Shown here: one piece after another, positions 15,001 to 27,563 of the stretch
Layout: each line of letters starts with the position of its first letter
How positions within the stretch are numbered: the first letter of the stretch is position 1
DNA from: Eledone cirrhosa
Taxonomy: Eukaryota
Direction of reading: 5' to 3'
Length of the DNA: 64,000 nucleotides
Assembly: GCA_964016885.1 (NCBI GenBank)
Contig: OZ024742.1
Span: 19,096,001-19,160,000 of the forward strand
Notes under the pieces: generated by a model
What the model saw: the letters and a program-made list of their open reading frames with translations, nothing else
The model's database searches: none
Told to the model about the DNA's origin: nothing
Position numbers and translations under genes: made by a program

Positions 15001-18000
15001 ACGTTCTAATGACTCTGCCATTCTATCCTACGTTCTAACGACTCTGCCATTCTATCCTACGTTCTAATGACTCTGCCATTCTATCCTACGTTCTAACGAC
15101 TCTGCCATTCTATCCTACGTTCTAACGACTCTGCCATTCTATCCTACGTTCTAATGACTCTGCCATTCTATCCTACGTTCTAAGAACTCTGCCATTCTAT
15201 CCTACGTTCTAACGACTCTGCCAATCTATCCTACGTTCTCACGACTCTGCCATTCTATCCTACGTTCTAACGACTCTGCCATTTTATCCTACGTTCTAAC
15301 GACTCTGCCATTCTATCATACGTTCTAACGACTCTGCCATTCTATCCTACGTTCTAACGACTCTGCCATTCTATCCTACGTTCTAATGACTCTGCCATTC
15401 TATCCTACGTTCTAAGAACTCTGCCATTCTATCCTACGTTCTAACGACTCTGCCAATCTATCCTACGTTCTCACGACTCTGCCATTCTATCCTACGTTCT
15501 AACGACTCTGCCATTTTATCCTACGTTCTAACGACTCTGCCATTCTATCCTACGTTCTAACGACTCTGCCATTCTATCCTACGTTCTAACGACTCTGCCA
15601 TTCTATCCTACGTTCTAACGACTCTGCCATTCTATCCAACGTTCTAACGACTCTACTATTCTATCCAACGTTCTAACGACTCTGCCATTCTATCCTACGT
15701 TCTAACGACTCTGCCATTCTATCCTACGTTCTAACGACTCTTCCATTCTATCCTACGTTCTAATGACTCTGCCATTCTATCCGACATTCTAACGACTCTG
15801 CCATTCTATCCTACGTTCTAACGACTCTGCCATTCTATCCTACGTTCTAACGACTCTGCCATTCTATCCTACGTTCTAACGACTCTGCCATTCTATCCTA
15901 CGTTCTAACGACTCTGCCATTCTATCCTACGTTCTAACGACTCTGCCATTCTATCCAACGTTCTAACGACTCTACTATTCTATCCAACGTTCTAACGACT
16001 CTGCCATTCTATCCTACGTTCTAACGACTCTGCCATTCTATCCAACGTTCTAACGACTCTTCCATTCTATGCTACGTTCTAATGACTCTGCCATTCTATC
16101 CGACATTCTAACGACTCTGCCATTCTATCCTACGTTCTAACGACTCTGCCATTCTATCCTACGTTCTAATGACTCTGCCATTCTATCCTACGTTCTAACG
16201 ACTCTGCCATTCTATCCAACGTTCTAACGACTCTGCCATTCTATCCAACGTTCTAACGACTCTGCCATTCTATCCTACGTTCTAACGACTCTGCCATTCT
16301 ATCCTACGTTCTAACAACTCTGCCATTCTATCCTACGTTCTAGCGACTCTGCCATTCTATCCTACGTTCTAGCGACTCTGCCATTCTATCCTACGTTCTA
16401 ACGACTCTGCCATTCTATCCTACGTTCTAATGACTCTGCCATTCTATCCTACGTTCTAACGACTCTGCCATTCTATCCTACGTTCTAACGACTCTGCCAT
16501 TCTATCCTACGTTCTAACGACTCTGCCATTCTATCCTACGTTCTAATGACTCTGCCATTCTATCCTACGTTCTAACGACTCTGCCATTCTATCCTACGTT
16601 CTAGCGACTCTGCCATTCTATCCTACGTTCTAACGACTCTGCCATTCTATCCTACGTTCTAGCGACTCTGCCATTCTATCCTACGTTCTAGCGACTCTGC
16701 CATTCTATCCTACGTTCTAACGACTCTGCCATTCTATCCTACGTTCTAATGACTCTGCCATTCTATCCTACGTTCTAACGACTCTGCCATTCTATCCTAC
16801 GTTCTAACGACTCTGCCATTCTATCCTACGTTCTAACGACTCTGCCATTCTATCCTACGTTCTAATGACTCTGCCATTCTATCCTACGTTCTAACGACTC
16901 TGCCATTCTATCCTACGTTCTAGCGACTCTGCCATTCTATCCTACGTTCTAGCGACTCTGCCATTCTATCCTACGTTCTAGCGACTCTGCCATTCTATCC
17001 TACGTTCTAACGACTCTGCCATTCTATCCTACGTTCTAATGACTCTGCCATTCTATCCTACGTTCTAACGACTCTGCCATTCTATCCTACGTTCTAACGA
17101 CTCTGCCATTCTATCCTACGTTCTAACGACTCTGCCATTCTATCCTACGTTCTAATGACTCTGCCATTCTATCCTACGTTCTAACGACTCTGCCATTCTA
17201 TCCTACGTTCTAGCGACTCTGCCATTCTATCCTACGTTCTAACGACTCTGCCATTCTATCCTACGTTCTAGCGACTCTGCCATTCTATCCTACGTTCTAG
17301 CGACTCTGCCATTCTATCCTACGTTCTAACGACTCTGCCATTCTATCCTACGTTCTAATGACTCTGCCATTCTATCCTACGTTCTAACGACTCTGCCATT
17401 CTATCCTACGTTCTAACGACTCTGCCATTCTATCCTACGTTCTAACGACTCTGCCATTCTATCCTACGTTCTAATGACTCTGCCATTCTATCCTACGTTC
17501 TAACGACTCTGCCATTCTATCCTACGTTCTAGCGACTCTGCCATTCTATCCTACGTTCTAACGACTCTGCCATTCTATCCTACGTTCTAGCGACTCTGCC
17601 ATTCTATCCTACGTTCTAGCGACTCTGCCATTCTATCCTACGTTCTAACGACTCTGCCATTCTATCCTACGTTCTAATGACTCTGCCATTCTATCCTACG
17701 TTCTAACGACTCTGCCATTCTATCCTACGTTCTAACGACTCTGCCATTCTATCCTACGTTCTAACGACTCTGCCATTCTATCCTACGTTCTAATGACTCT
17801 GCCATTCTATCCTACGTTCTAACGACTCTGCCATTCTATCCTACGTTCTAGCGACTCTGCCATTCTATCCTACGTTCTAACGACTCTGCCATTCTATCCT
17901 ACGTTCTAATGACTCTGCCATTCTATCCTACGTTCTAACGACTCTGCCATTCTATCCTACGTTCTAATGACTCTGCCATTCTATCCTACGTTCTAACGAC

Positions 18001-21000
18001 TCTGCCATTCTATCCTACGTTCTAACGACTCTGCCATTCTATCCTACGTTCTAATGACTCTGCCATTCTATCCTACGTTCTAACGACTCTGCCATTCTAT
18101 CCTACGTTCTAACGACTCTGCCATTCTATCCTACGTTCTAATGACTCTGCCATTCTATCCTACGTTCTAAGAACTCTGCCATTCTATCCTACGTTCTAAC
18201 GACTCTGCCATTCTATCCTACGTTCTAACGACTCTGCCAATCTATCCTACGTTCTCACGACTCTGCCATTCTATCCTACGTTCTAACGACTCTGCCATTT
18301 TATCCTACGTTCTAACGACTCTGCCATTCTATCCTACGTTCTAACGACTCTGCCATTCTATCCTACGTTCTAACGACTCTGCCATTCTATCCTACGTTCT
18401 AACGACTCTGCCATTCTATCCTACGTTCTAACGACTCTGCCATTCTATCCAACGTTCTAACGACTCTGCTATTCTATCCAACGTTCTAACGACTCTGCCA
18501 TTCTATCCTACGTTCTAACGACTCTGCCATTCTATCCTATGTTCTAACGACTCTTCCATTCTATCCTACGTTCTAATGACTCTGCCATTCTATCCGACAT
18601 TCTAACGACTCTGCCATTCTATCCTACGTTCTAACGACTCTGCCATTCTATCCTACGTTCTAACGACTCTGCCATTCTATCCTACGTTCTAACGACTCTG
18701 CCATTCTATCCAACGTTCTAACGACTCTGCCATTCTATCCAACGTTCTAACGACTCTGCCATTCTATCCTACGTTCTACCGACTCTGCCATTCTATCCTA
18801 CGTTCTAACAACTCTGCCATTCTATCCTACGTTCTAACGACTCTGCCATTCTATCCTACGTTCTCACGACTCTGCCATTCTATCCTACGTTCTAACGACT
18901 CTGCCATTCTATCCTACGTTCTAATGACTCTGCCATTCTATCCTACGTTCTAACGACTCTGCCATTCTATCCTACGTTCTAATAACTCTGCCATTCTATT
19001 CAACGTTCTAACGACTCTGCCATTCTATCCTACGTTCTAATGACTCTGCCATTCTATCCTACGTTTTAACAACTCTGCCATTCTATCCTACGTTCTAACG
19101 ACTCTGCCATTCTATCCTACGTTCTCACGACTCTGCCATTCTATCCTACGTTCTAATGACTCTGCCATTCTATCCTACGTTCTAACGACTCTGCCATTCT
19201 ATCCTACGTTCTAAAGACTCTGCCATTCTATCCTACGTTCTAACGACTCTGCCATTCTATCCTACGTTCTAACGACTCTGCCATTCTATCCTACGTTCTA
19301 ATGACTCTGCCATTCTATCCTACGTTCTAACGACTCTGCCATTCTATCCTACGTTCTAACGACTCTGCCATTCTATCCTACGTTCTAACGACTCTGCCAT
19401 TCTATCCTACGTTCTAACGACTCTGCCATTCTATCCTACGTTCTAATGACTCTGCCATTCTATCCTACGTTCTAACGACTCTGCCATTCTATCCTACGTT
19501 CTAACGACTCTGCCATTCTATCCTACGTTCTAACGACTCTGCCATTCTATCCTACGTTCTAACGACTCTGCCAATCTATCCTACGTTCTCACAACTCTGC
19601 CATTCTATCCTACGTTCTAACGACTCTGCCATTCTATCCTACGTTCTCTCGACTCTGCCATTCTATCCTACGTTCTAACGACTCTGCCATTCTATCCTAC
19701 GTTCTAACAACTCTGCCATTCTATCCTACGTTCTAACGACTCTGCCATTCTATCCTACGTTCTCTCGACTCTGCCATTCTATCCTACGTTCTAACGACTC
19801 TGCCATTCTATCCTACGTTCTAACAACTCTGCCATTCTATCCAACGTTCTAACGACTCTGCTATTCTATCCTACGTTCTAACGACTCTGCCATTCTATCC
19901 TACGTTCTAACAACTCTGCCATTCTATCCTACGTTCTAAGTCTCTGCCATTCTATCCGACATTCTAACAACTCTGCCATTCTATCCTACGTTCTAATGAC
20001 TCTGCCATTCTATCCTACGTTCTAACAACTCTGCCATTCTATCCTACGTTCTCACGACTCTGCCATTCTATCCTACGTTCTCACGACTCTGCCATTCTAT
20101 CCTACGTTCTAACGACTCTGCCATTCTATCCTACGTTCTAATCACTCTGCCATTCTATCCTACGTTCTAACGACTCTGCCATTCTATCCTACGTTCTCAC
20201 GACTCTGCCATTCTATCCTACGTTCTAACAACTCTGCCATTCTATCCTACGTTCTAACGACTCTTCCATTCTATCCTACGTTCTAATGACTCTGCCATTC
20301 TATCCGACATTCTAACGACTCTGCCATTCTATCATACGTTCTAACGACTCTGCCATTCTATCCTACGTTCTAACGACTCTGCCATTCTATCCAACGTTCT
20401 AACGACTCTGCTATTCTATCCAACGTTCTAACGACTCTGCTACTCTATTCAACGTTCTAACGACTCTGCCATTCTATCCAACGTTCTAACGACTCTGCTA
20501 TTCTATCCAACGTTCTAACGACTCTGCCATTCTATCCAACGTTCTAACGACTCTGCTATTCTATCCAACGTTCTAACGACTCTGCCATTCTATCCAACGT
20601 TCTAACGACTCTGCCATTCTATCCAACGTTCTAACGACTCTGCCATTCTATCCTACGTTCTAACAACTCTGCCATTCTATCCTACGTTCTAACGACTCTG
20701 CCATTCTATCCTACGTTCTAACAACTCTGCCATTCTATCCTACGTTCTAACGACTCTGCCATTCTATGCAACGTTCTAACGACTCTGCCATTCTATCCTA
20801 CGTTCTAACGACTCTGCCATTCTATCCTACGTTCTAATGACTCTGCCATTCTATCCTACGTTCTAACGACTCTGCCATTCTATCCTACGTTCTAACAACT
20901 CTGCCATTCTATCCAACGTTCTAACGACTCTGCTATTCTATCCTACGTTCTAATGACTCTGCCATTCTATCCAACGTTCTAACGACTCTGCCATTCTACC

Positions 21001-24000
21001 CTACGTTCTAACAACTCTGCCATTCTATCCTACGTTCTAACGACTCTGCCATTCTATCCAACGTTCTAACGACTCTGCCATTCTATCCAACGTTCTAACG
21101 ACTCTGCTATTCTATCCAACGTTCTAACGACTCTGCTATTCTATCCAACGTTCTAACGACTCTGCTATTCTATCCAACGTTCTAACGACTCTGCTATTCT
21201 ATCCAACGTTCTAACGACTCTGCCATTCTATCCAACGTTTTAACGACTTTGCCATTGTATCCAACGTTCTAGCGACTCTGCCATTCTATCCTACGTTCTA
21301 ACGACTCTGCCATTCTACCCTACGTTCTAACAACTCTGCCATTTCTATCCTACGTTCTAACGACTCTGCCATTCTATCCTACGTTCTAACGACTCTGCCA
21401 TTCTACCCTACGTTCTAACAACTCTGCCATTCTATCCTACGTTCTAACGACTCTGCCATTCTATCCTACGTTCTAACGACTCTGCCATTCTATCCTACGT
21501 TCTAATGACTCTGCCATTCTATCCTACGTTCTACCGACTCTGCCATTCTATCCTACGTTTTAACAACTCTGCCATTCTATCCTACGTTCTAACGACTCTG
21601 CCATTCTATCCTACGTTCTCACGACTCTGCCATTCTATCCTACGTTCTAATGACTCTGCCATTCTATCCTACGTTCTAATGACTCTGCCATTCTATCCTA
21701 CGTTCTAACGACTCTGCCATTCTATCCTACGTTCTAACGACTCTGCCATTCTATCCTACGTTCTAATGACTCTGCCATTCTATCCTACGTTCTAACGACT
21801 CTGCCATTCTATCCTACGTTCTAACGACTCTGCCATTCTATCCTACGTTCTAATGTGTCTGCCATTCTATCCTACGTTCTAACAACTCTGCCATTCTATC
21901 CTACGTTCTAACGACTCTGCCATTCTATCCTACGTTCTAACGACTCTGCCAATCTATCCTACGTTCTAACGACTCTGCCATTCTATCCTACGTTCTAACG
22001 ACTCTGCCATTCTATCCTACGTTCTAACGACTCTGCCATTCTATCCTACGTTCTAACGACTCTGCCATTCTATCCAAAGTTGTAACGACTCTGCCATTCT
22101 ATCCAACGTTCTAACGACTCTGCCATTCTATCCTACGTTCTAACAACTCTGCCATTCTATCCTACGTTCTAACGACTCTGCCATTCTATCCTACGTTCTA
22201 ACAACTCTGCCATTCTATCCTACGTTCTAACGACTCTGCCATTCTATCCTACGTTCTAACGACTCTGCCATTCTATCCTACGTTCTAACGACTCTGCCAT
22301 TCTATCCAAAGTTGTAACGACTCTGCCATTCTATCCAACGTTCTAACGACTCTGCCATTCTATCCAACGTTCTAACGACTCTGCCATTCTATCCTACGTT
22401 CTAACAACTCTGCCATTCTATCCTACGTTCTAACGACTCTGCCATTCTATCCTACGTTCTAACGACTCTGCCATTCTATCCTACGTTCTAACGACTCTGC
22501 CATTCTATCCAAAGTTGTAACGACTCTGCCATTCTATCCAACGTTCTCACGACTCTGCCATTCTATCCAACGTTCTAACGACTCTGCCATTCTATCCTAC
22601 GTTCTAACAACTCTGCCATTCTATCCTACGTTCTAACGACTCTGCCATTCTATCCTACGTTCTAACAACTCTGCCATTCTATCCTACGTTCTAACGACTC
22701 TGCCATTCTCTCCTACGTTCTCACGACTCTGCCATTCTAACCTACGTTTTAACAACTCTGCCATTCTATCCTACGTTCTAACGACTCTGCCATTCTATCC
22801 TACGTTCTAACGACTCTGCCATTCTATCCTACGTTCTCACGACTCTGCCATTCTATCCTACGTTCTAACGACTCTGCCATTCTATCCTACGTTCTAATGA
22901 CTCTGCCATTCTATCCTACGTTCTAACGACTCTGCCATTCTCTCCTACGTTCTCACGACTCTGCCATTCTAACCTACGTTTTAACAACTCTGCCATTCTA
23001 TCCTACGTTCTAACGACTCTGCCATTCTATCCTACGTTCTAACGACTCTGCCATTCTATCCTACGTTCTCACGACTCTGCCATTCTATCCTACGTTCTAA
23101 CGACTTTGCCATTGTATCCAACGTTCTAACGACTCTGCCATTCTACCCTACGTTCTAACAACTCTGCCATTCTATCCTACGTTCTAACGACTCTACCATT
23201 CTATCCTACGTTCTAATGACTCTGCCATTCTATCCTACGTTCTCACGACTCTGCCATTCTATCCTACGTTTTAACAACTCTGCCATTCTATCCTACGTTC
23301 TAACGACTCTGCCATTCTATCCTACGTTCTCACGACTCTGCCATTCTATCCTACGTTCTAATGACTCTGCCATTCTATCCTACGTTCTAATGACTCTGCC
23401 ATTCTATCCTACGTTCTAACGACTCTGCCATTCTATCCTACGTTCTAACGACTCTGCCATTCTATCCTACGTTCTAATGACTCTGCCATTCTATCCTACG
23501 TTCTAACGACTCTGCTATTCTATCGAACGTTCTAACGACTCTGCCATTCTATCCAACGTTCTAACGACTCTGCCATTCTATCCAACGTTCTAACGACTCT
23601 GCTATTCTATCCAACGTTCTAACGACTCTGCTATTCTATCCAACGTTCTAACGACCCTGCTATTATATCCAACGTTCTAACGACTCTGCCATTCTATCCA
23701 ACGTTCTAACGACTCTGCCATTGTATCCAACGTTCTAACGACTCTGCCATTCTATCCTACGTTCTAACGACTCTGCCATTCTATCCTACGTTCTAACGAC
23801 TCTGCCATTCTATCCGACGTTCTAACGACTCTGCCATTCTATCCAACGTTCTAACGACTCTGCCATTCTATCCAACGTTCTAACGACTCTGCTATTCTAT
23901 CCAACGTTCTAACGACTCTGCTATTCTATCCAACGTTCTAACGACTCTGCTATTCTATCCAACGTTCTAACGACTCTGCCATTCTATCCAACGTTTTAAC

Positions 24001-24532
24001 GACTTTGCCATTGTATCCAACGTTCTAACGACTCTGCCATTCTACCCTACGTTCTAACAACTCTGCCATTCTATCCTACGTTCTAACGACTCTACCATTC
24101 TATCCTACGTTCTAATGACTCTGCCATTCTATCCTACGTTCTCACGACTCTGCCATTCTATCCTACGTTTTAACAACTCTGCCATTCTATCCTACGTTCT
24201 AACGACTCTGCCATTCTATCCTACGTTCTCACGACTCTGCCATTCTATCCTACGTTCTAATGACTCTGCCATTCTATCCTACGTTCTAATGACTCTGCCA
24301 TTCTATCCTACGTTCTAACGACTCTGCCATTCTATCCTACGTTCTAACGACTCTGCCATTCTATCCTACGTTCTAATGACTCTGCCATTCTATCCTACGT
24401 TCTAACGACTCTGCCATTCTATCCTACGTTCTAACGACTCTGCCATTCTATCCTACGTTCTAACGACTCTGCTATTCTATCCAACGTTCTAACGACTCTG
24501 CCATTCTATCCTACGTTCTAACGACTCTGCCA
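1..24532. repeat. 29-bp tandem satellite array, consensus TCTATCCTACGTTCTAACGACTCTGCCAT, about 845 units, runs off the left edge
   Basis: Continuous 29-bp periodicity with point variants (AATGA, AACAA, TCACG, CCAAC, GCTAT, TAGCG) and almost no indels (28-bp units near 481 and 19939; one 30-bp unit near 21341). Confidence 0.99.
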
Positions 24533-24542
24533 ATTTACCGCC
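24503..24542 (-). mobile_element. 5' terminus (tRNA-like head, A box) of the SINE from which the satellite extends
   Basis: Minus strand reads GGCGGTAAATTGGCAGAGTCGTTAGAACGTAGGATAGAAT, matching SINE heads elsewhere in the window (GGCGGTGAATTGGCAG at 60330; GGCGGTGGATTGGCAG at 26658 and 27564). Confidence 0.85.
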
Positions 24543-24589
24543 TTTTATTTGGCTGTACTGTATCTAATTAAAAAAAGCTATGTAGAAAT

Positions 24590-24773
24590 AATTGTTTCTA
24601 CTTTTGGCACAAGGCCAGCAATTACCCAGTACATTACTGGTACTTTATTTTATCGACCCCGTAAGGATGAAAGGCAAAGTTAACCTCGGGGGGATTTGAA
24701 CTCAGACCGCAAAGGGACGTAACTATGCTGGAAAGCATGTCTGACCCTCTACCGATACTGCCAATCCACCGCC
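24590..24773 (-). mobile_element. tRNA-derived SINE, full length
   Basis: Reverse complement of GGCGGTGGATTGGCAG...GAGTTCAAATCC (B box)...TTTGCCTTTCATCCTTACGGGGTCGATAAAATAAAGTACCAGT...GTAGAAACAATT; flanked by TATGTAGAAATAAT repeats. Confidence 0.9.
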
Positions 24774-24846
24774 GTTATATGTAGAAATAATGATGCACCG
24801 CCGTTGTATGTAGAAATAATGATGCACCGCCGTTGTATGTAGAAAT

Positions 24847-25035
24847 AATTGTTTCTACTTTAGGCACAAGGCCAGAAAATATCCAGTGCATTACTGGTAC
24901 TTTATTTTATCGACCCCATAAGGATGAAAGGCAAAGTTAACCTTGGCGGGATTTGAACTTAGAATGGCAAAGGCCGTAACTCTATACGTCAAAGCATGGC
25001 GTCCGACCCTCTACCAATACTGCCAATCCACCGCC
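24847..25035 (-). mobile_element. tRNA-derived SINE, second tandem copy
   Basis: Same family; separated from the first copy by 28-bp CACCGCCGTTGTATGTAGAAATAATGATG-type repeats. Confidence 0.9.
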
Positions 25036-25667
25036 TTGTATGTAGAAATAATGATGCCCATTTATGAACTATTAATGTACTAGAGAGATGGTTGCTTATT
25101 ACAGGACCCACTGGAAGGAGATGTTGTTTATGAATAATTAATCAGATTAAATATATCAGATAGCTCTGCATAGAAATAAAGCGAATAAATCATGTTTGAG
25201 AATGTATTAGATATAGACTTAATAGGCGATGCTTTATGGCCGTTTGGTTAAGGAATTCCCTTCGCAGTTATTAGGTCGCGGATTGGATTCTACTGCATGG
25301 TATCTTTGGCAAGTTTCATTTACCATAGCCCCGAGTTGGTGTATTCCTAGTCTATAAAACGTTAGTAGATGGAAACTATATGGAAGTTCGCTAGAAGAGC
25401 TGTATCTACTTTAAAGGGCCAACCTTGATGCACAATGTGTCATGCTAAATTTCCCTTCAAATTAAGGATACACGTGTTTTTGGAATGCTCAGCTACTTAC
25501 ATGTTAATTTTATGGGTAGTCTGTTTTATTGATGCAACAAGTGGAACACTGATCTCGATAACGACGGATGTTCATTACACATCTTTGATGTCTTGTAATA
25601 CCTCTCATAAACAATTTACCTTTGAAAATATTTCTGAATTTTAAATCTGGAAATATTTATTTTGCAG

Positions 25668-25939
25668 GTAGGATATACATCTGTGGAGGTTTTGATGGCA
25701 TTGAAATCTTCAGTTCAGCTGAATATTATTGCCCAATCACAGATCAATGGACCATGATCACCCCAATGAGAAACTTACGCAGTGGGGTTAGTGTTGTGGC
25801 CCATCAAGATTTTGTGTATGCTCTTGGTGGTTTTAACGGTGTCACCCGCATCAATAGTGTTGAACGATATAGCCCTATCAGCAATTCGTGGCAAACTATA
25901 CAGGAAATGGACACACCCAGAAGTAACTTTGCCGCTGTG
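25668..25939 (+). CDS. KLHL10: Kelch-like protein 10-like gene, copy A, internal exon (kelch repeats)
   Basis: TTTGCAG acceptor and GTAAGA donor; translates (G)RIYICGGFDGIEIFSSAEYYCPITDQWTMITPMRNLRSGVSVVAHQDFVYALGGFNGVTRINSVERYSPISNSWQTIQEMDTPRSNFAAV, with GG-Y-W kelch signatures and KLHL10-type RSG and PRSNF motifs. Confidence 0.93.
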
Positions 25940-26150
25940 GTAAGAAGTCTAAATTGTATTTCAACCAGTTATTTATCATTTGTCTTTGACATTTTCCTTT
26001 AAATATGTTTTGTTTCTGTTTATTATTGCAATAAATGTTACGTGTGTATGTATGGACATGTAACTACTGATGGAGTCGTATAAGTGTTGTAGTGACATAG
26101 GGCTTGTCTTAGACATATTTAACCTAGTGGAGCACAGCCAATTTATTCCT

Positions 26151-26235
26151 GAGAGCGAGCGATCGAGCGAGAGAATGAGTGAGAGAAAGGGAGAGAGGGT
26201 GAGAGAGAGAAAGAGAATGAGCGAGAGAGAGAGTG

Positions 26236-26297
<62 letters not shown>
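26151..26297. repeat. (GA)n microsatellite
   Basis: Direct observation. Confidence 0.95.
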
Positions 26298-26301
<4 letters not shown>

Positions 26302-26321
26302 GGGGGGATAGTAAGTAAAAA

Positions 26322-26477
26322 AGAGATATAGAAGATGAATCAACCCATGTACTGGTATGGTACTTTTTAACAACTTCGAAAGGATGAAAGCAAAGTTGAC
26401 TTTGAAGGGTTTTGAAATCAGGGAGCAGAGATCCAGGCCCAATATGCAAAGCATTTTATCCGACGTTCTAACGACAA
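26322..26477 (-). mobile_element. Degenerate SINE whose head closely matches the satellite unit
   Basis: GTACTGG...GAAAGGATGAAAGCAAAGTTGAC...GCATTTTATCCGACGTTCTAACGAC. Confidence 0.7.
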
Positions 26478-26532
26478 TTTCTCGCCTATGATAATATATT
26501 TAGAAACTGATTTCAATATTATAGCTTTGACG

Positions 26533-26875
26533 CATAGAGTTACGGCCCTTGCCGAGGTTAACTTTGCCTTTCATCCTTACGGGGTCGATAAAATAAAGTA
26601 CCAGTAATGCACTGGGTAATTGCTGGCCTTGTGCCAAAAAGTAGAAACAATTATTAGGGCGGTGGATTGGCAGTATCGGTAGAGAGTCGGACGCCATGCT
26701 TTGCAGCAAAGAGTTACGGCCCTTTATGATCTGAGTTCAAATCCCGCCGAGGTTAACTTTGCCTTTCATCCTCACGGGGTCGATAAAATAAAGTACCAGT
26801 CACGCACTGGGGTCGATTTAATCGACTTTCCCCTCCCCCAAAATCACTTGCCTTGTGCCTATATAAAAAACCAAT
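26533..26875 (+). mobile_element. Two adjacent SINE copies (partial 26533-26655; full length 26658-26875)
   Basis: Conserved core GCCGAGGTTAACTTTGCCTTTCATCC...GGGGTCGATAAAATAAAGTACCAGT occurs twice; the second copy has A and B boxes. Confidence 0.9.
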
Positions 26876-27563
26876 ATTAAATCTCCCGGACAGAACTAAC
26901 ATTTACCTCAGTCATCCTGCTTTACATTGATGTAGTCGTCGTCACCATCATCATATTACCTATCTTGGTCTTTCTATGAGCTGGATGGATCTTTGCCGAT
27001 TCAGTTCTTATTCGGAGTTACTGCCCTCGCCAGAGGAATCGAAGCACGACGTGTCTCTATCGTAACGGTCCATTAATTTTGAGTAAACGGTAAATATGTT
27101 CTCATTAATGATTTGTGCGTATGTGAAGGTGTGTATGTATATATATGTGAAAGTGTGTGTGTGTGATAGAATAGAGTTAACTGTTCATGGTAGTGTGTAT
27201 GGGGGTGGGTGGGGAGGGGGCTGATTTGGTTGCTTTTCTCGGGTGGAGTGATTGTGCTCCTCACCCCCTTCACCATCTAACTTTCGCTGTTAGGGAGAAG
27301 ACGTTAGTGAAACACCAATGGAGGAACTTGCTATTGAATATTTTCATTTTATTAATTGTAATGAAAATTAGACGGATGTTTCTGTGCTCTGCAATCAATC
27401 TTAGAATCCTAAACACTAAGAACATACCTGGCTACAACGCGAACCTCTTAACCGCACATCCACTCCAGATGGAAAGAGCAAGGATTCCATATAAATATAG
27501 ACATGTACACCAGATCCGAACACAAAGGCACCAAAGAAATTTTATTATCTATACTTAATGTAG

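Noticed and set aside
2365-24318. Nine near-identical 67-aa ORFs (MTLPFYPTF...)
   Set aside because: They are chance products of ATG-creating and stop-removing variants in a 29-bp repeat, copied by block duplication.
1-24532. CRISPR array (29-bp repeat length)
   Set aside because: Units are directly adjacent with no unique spacers, there are no cas genes, and the context is eukaryotic.
25622-26002. ORF-track boundaries for the kelch ORFs (also 54982-55347 and the tail of 37162-38154)
   Set aside because: They extend into intronic sequence; splice-site-defined exon boundaries with consistent phases were used instead.
26658-26750. tRNA genes at A/B-box sequences
   Set aside because: The boxes are followed by the SINE core and tail, several copies have TSDs, and no full cloverleaf is evident.
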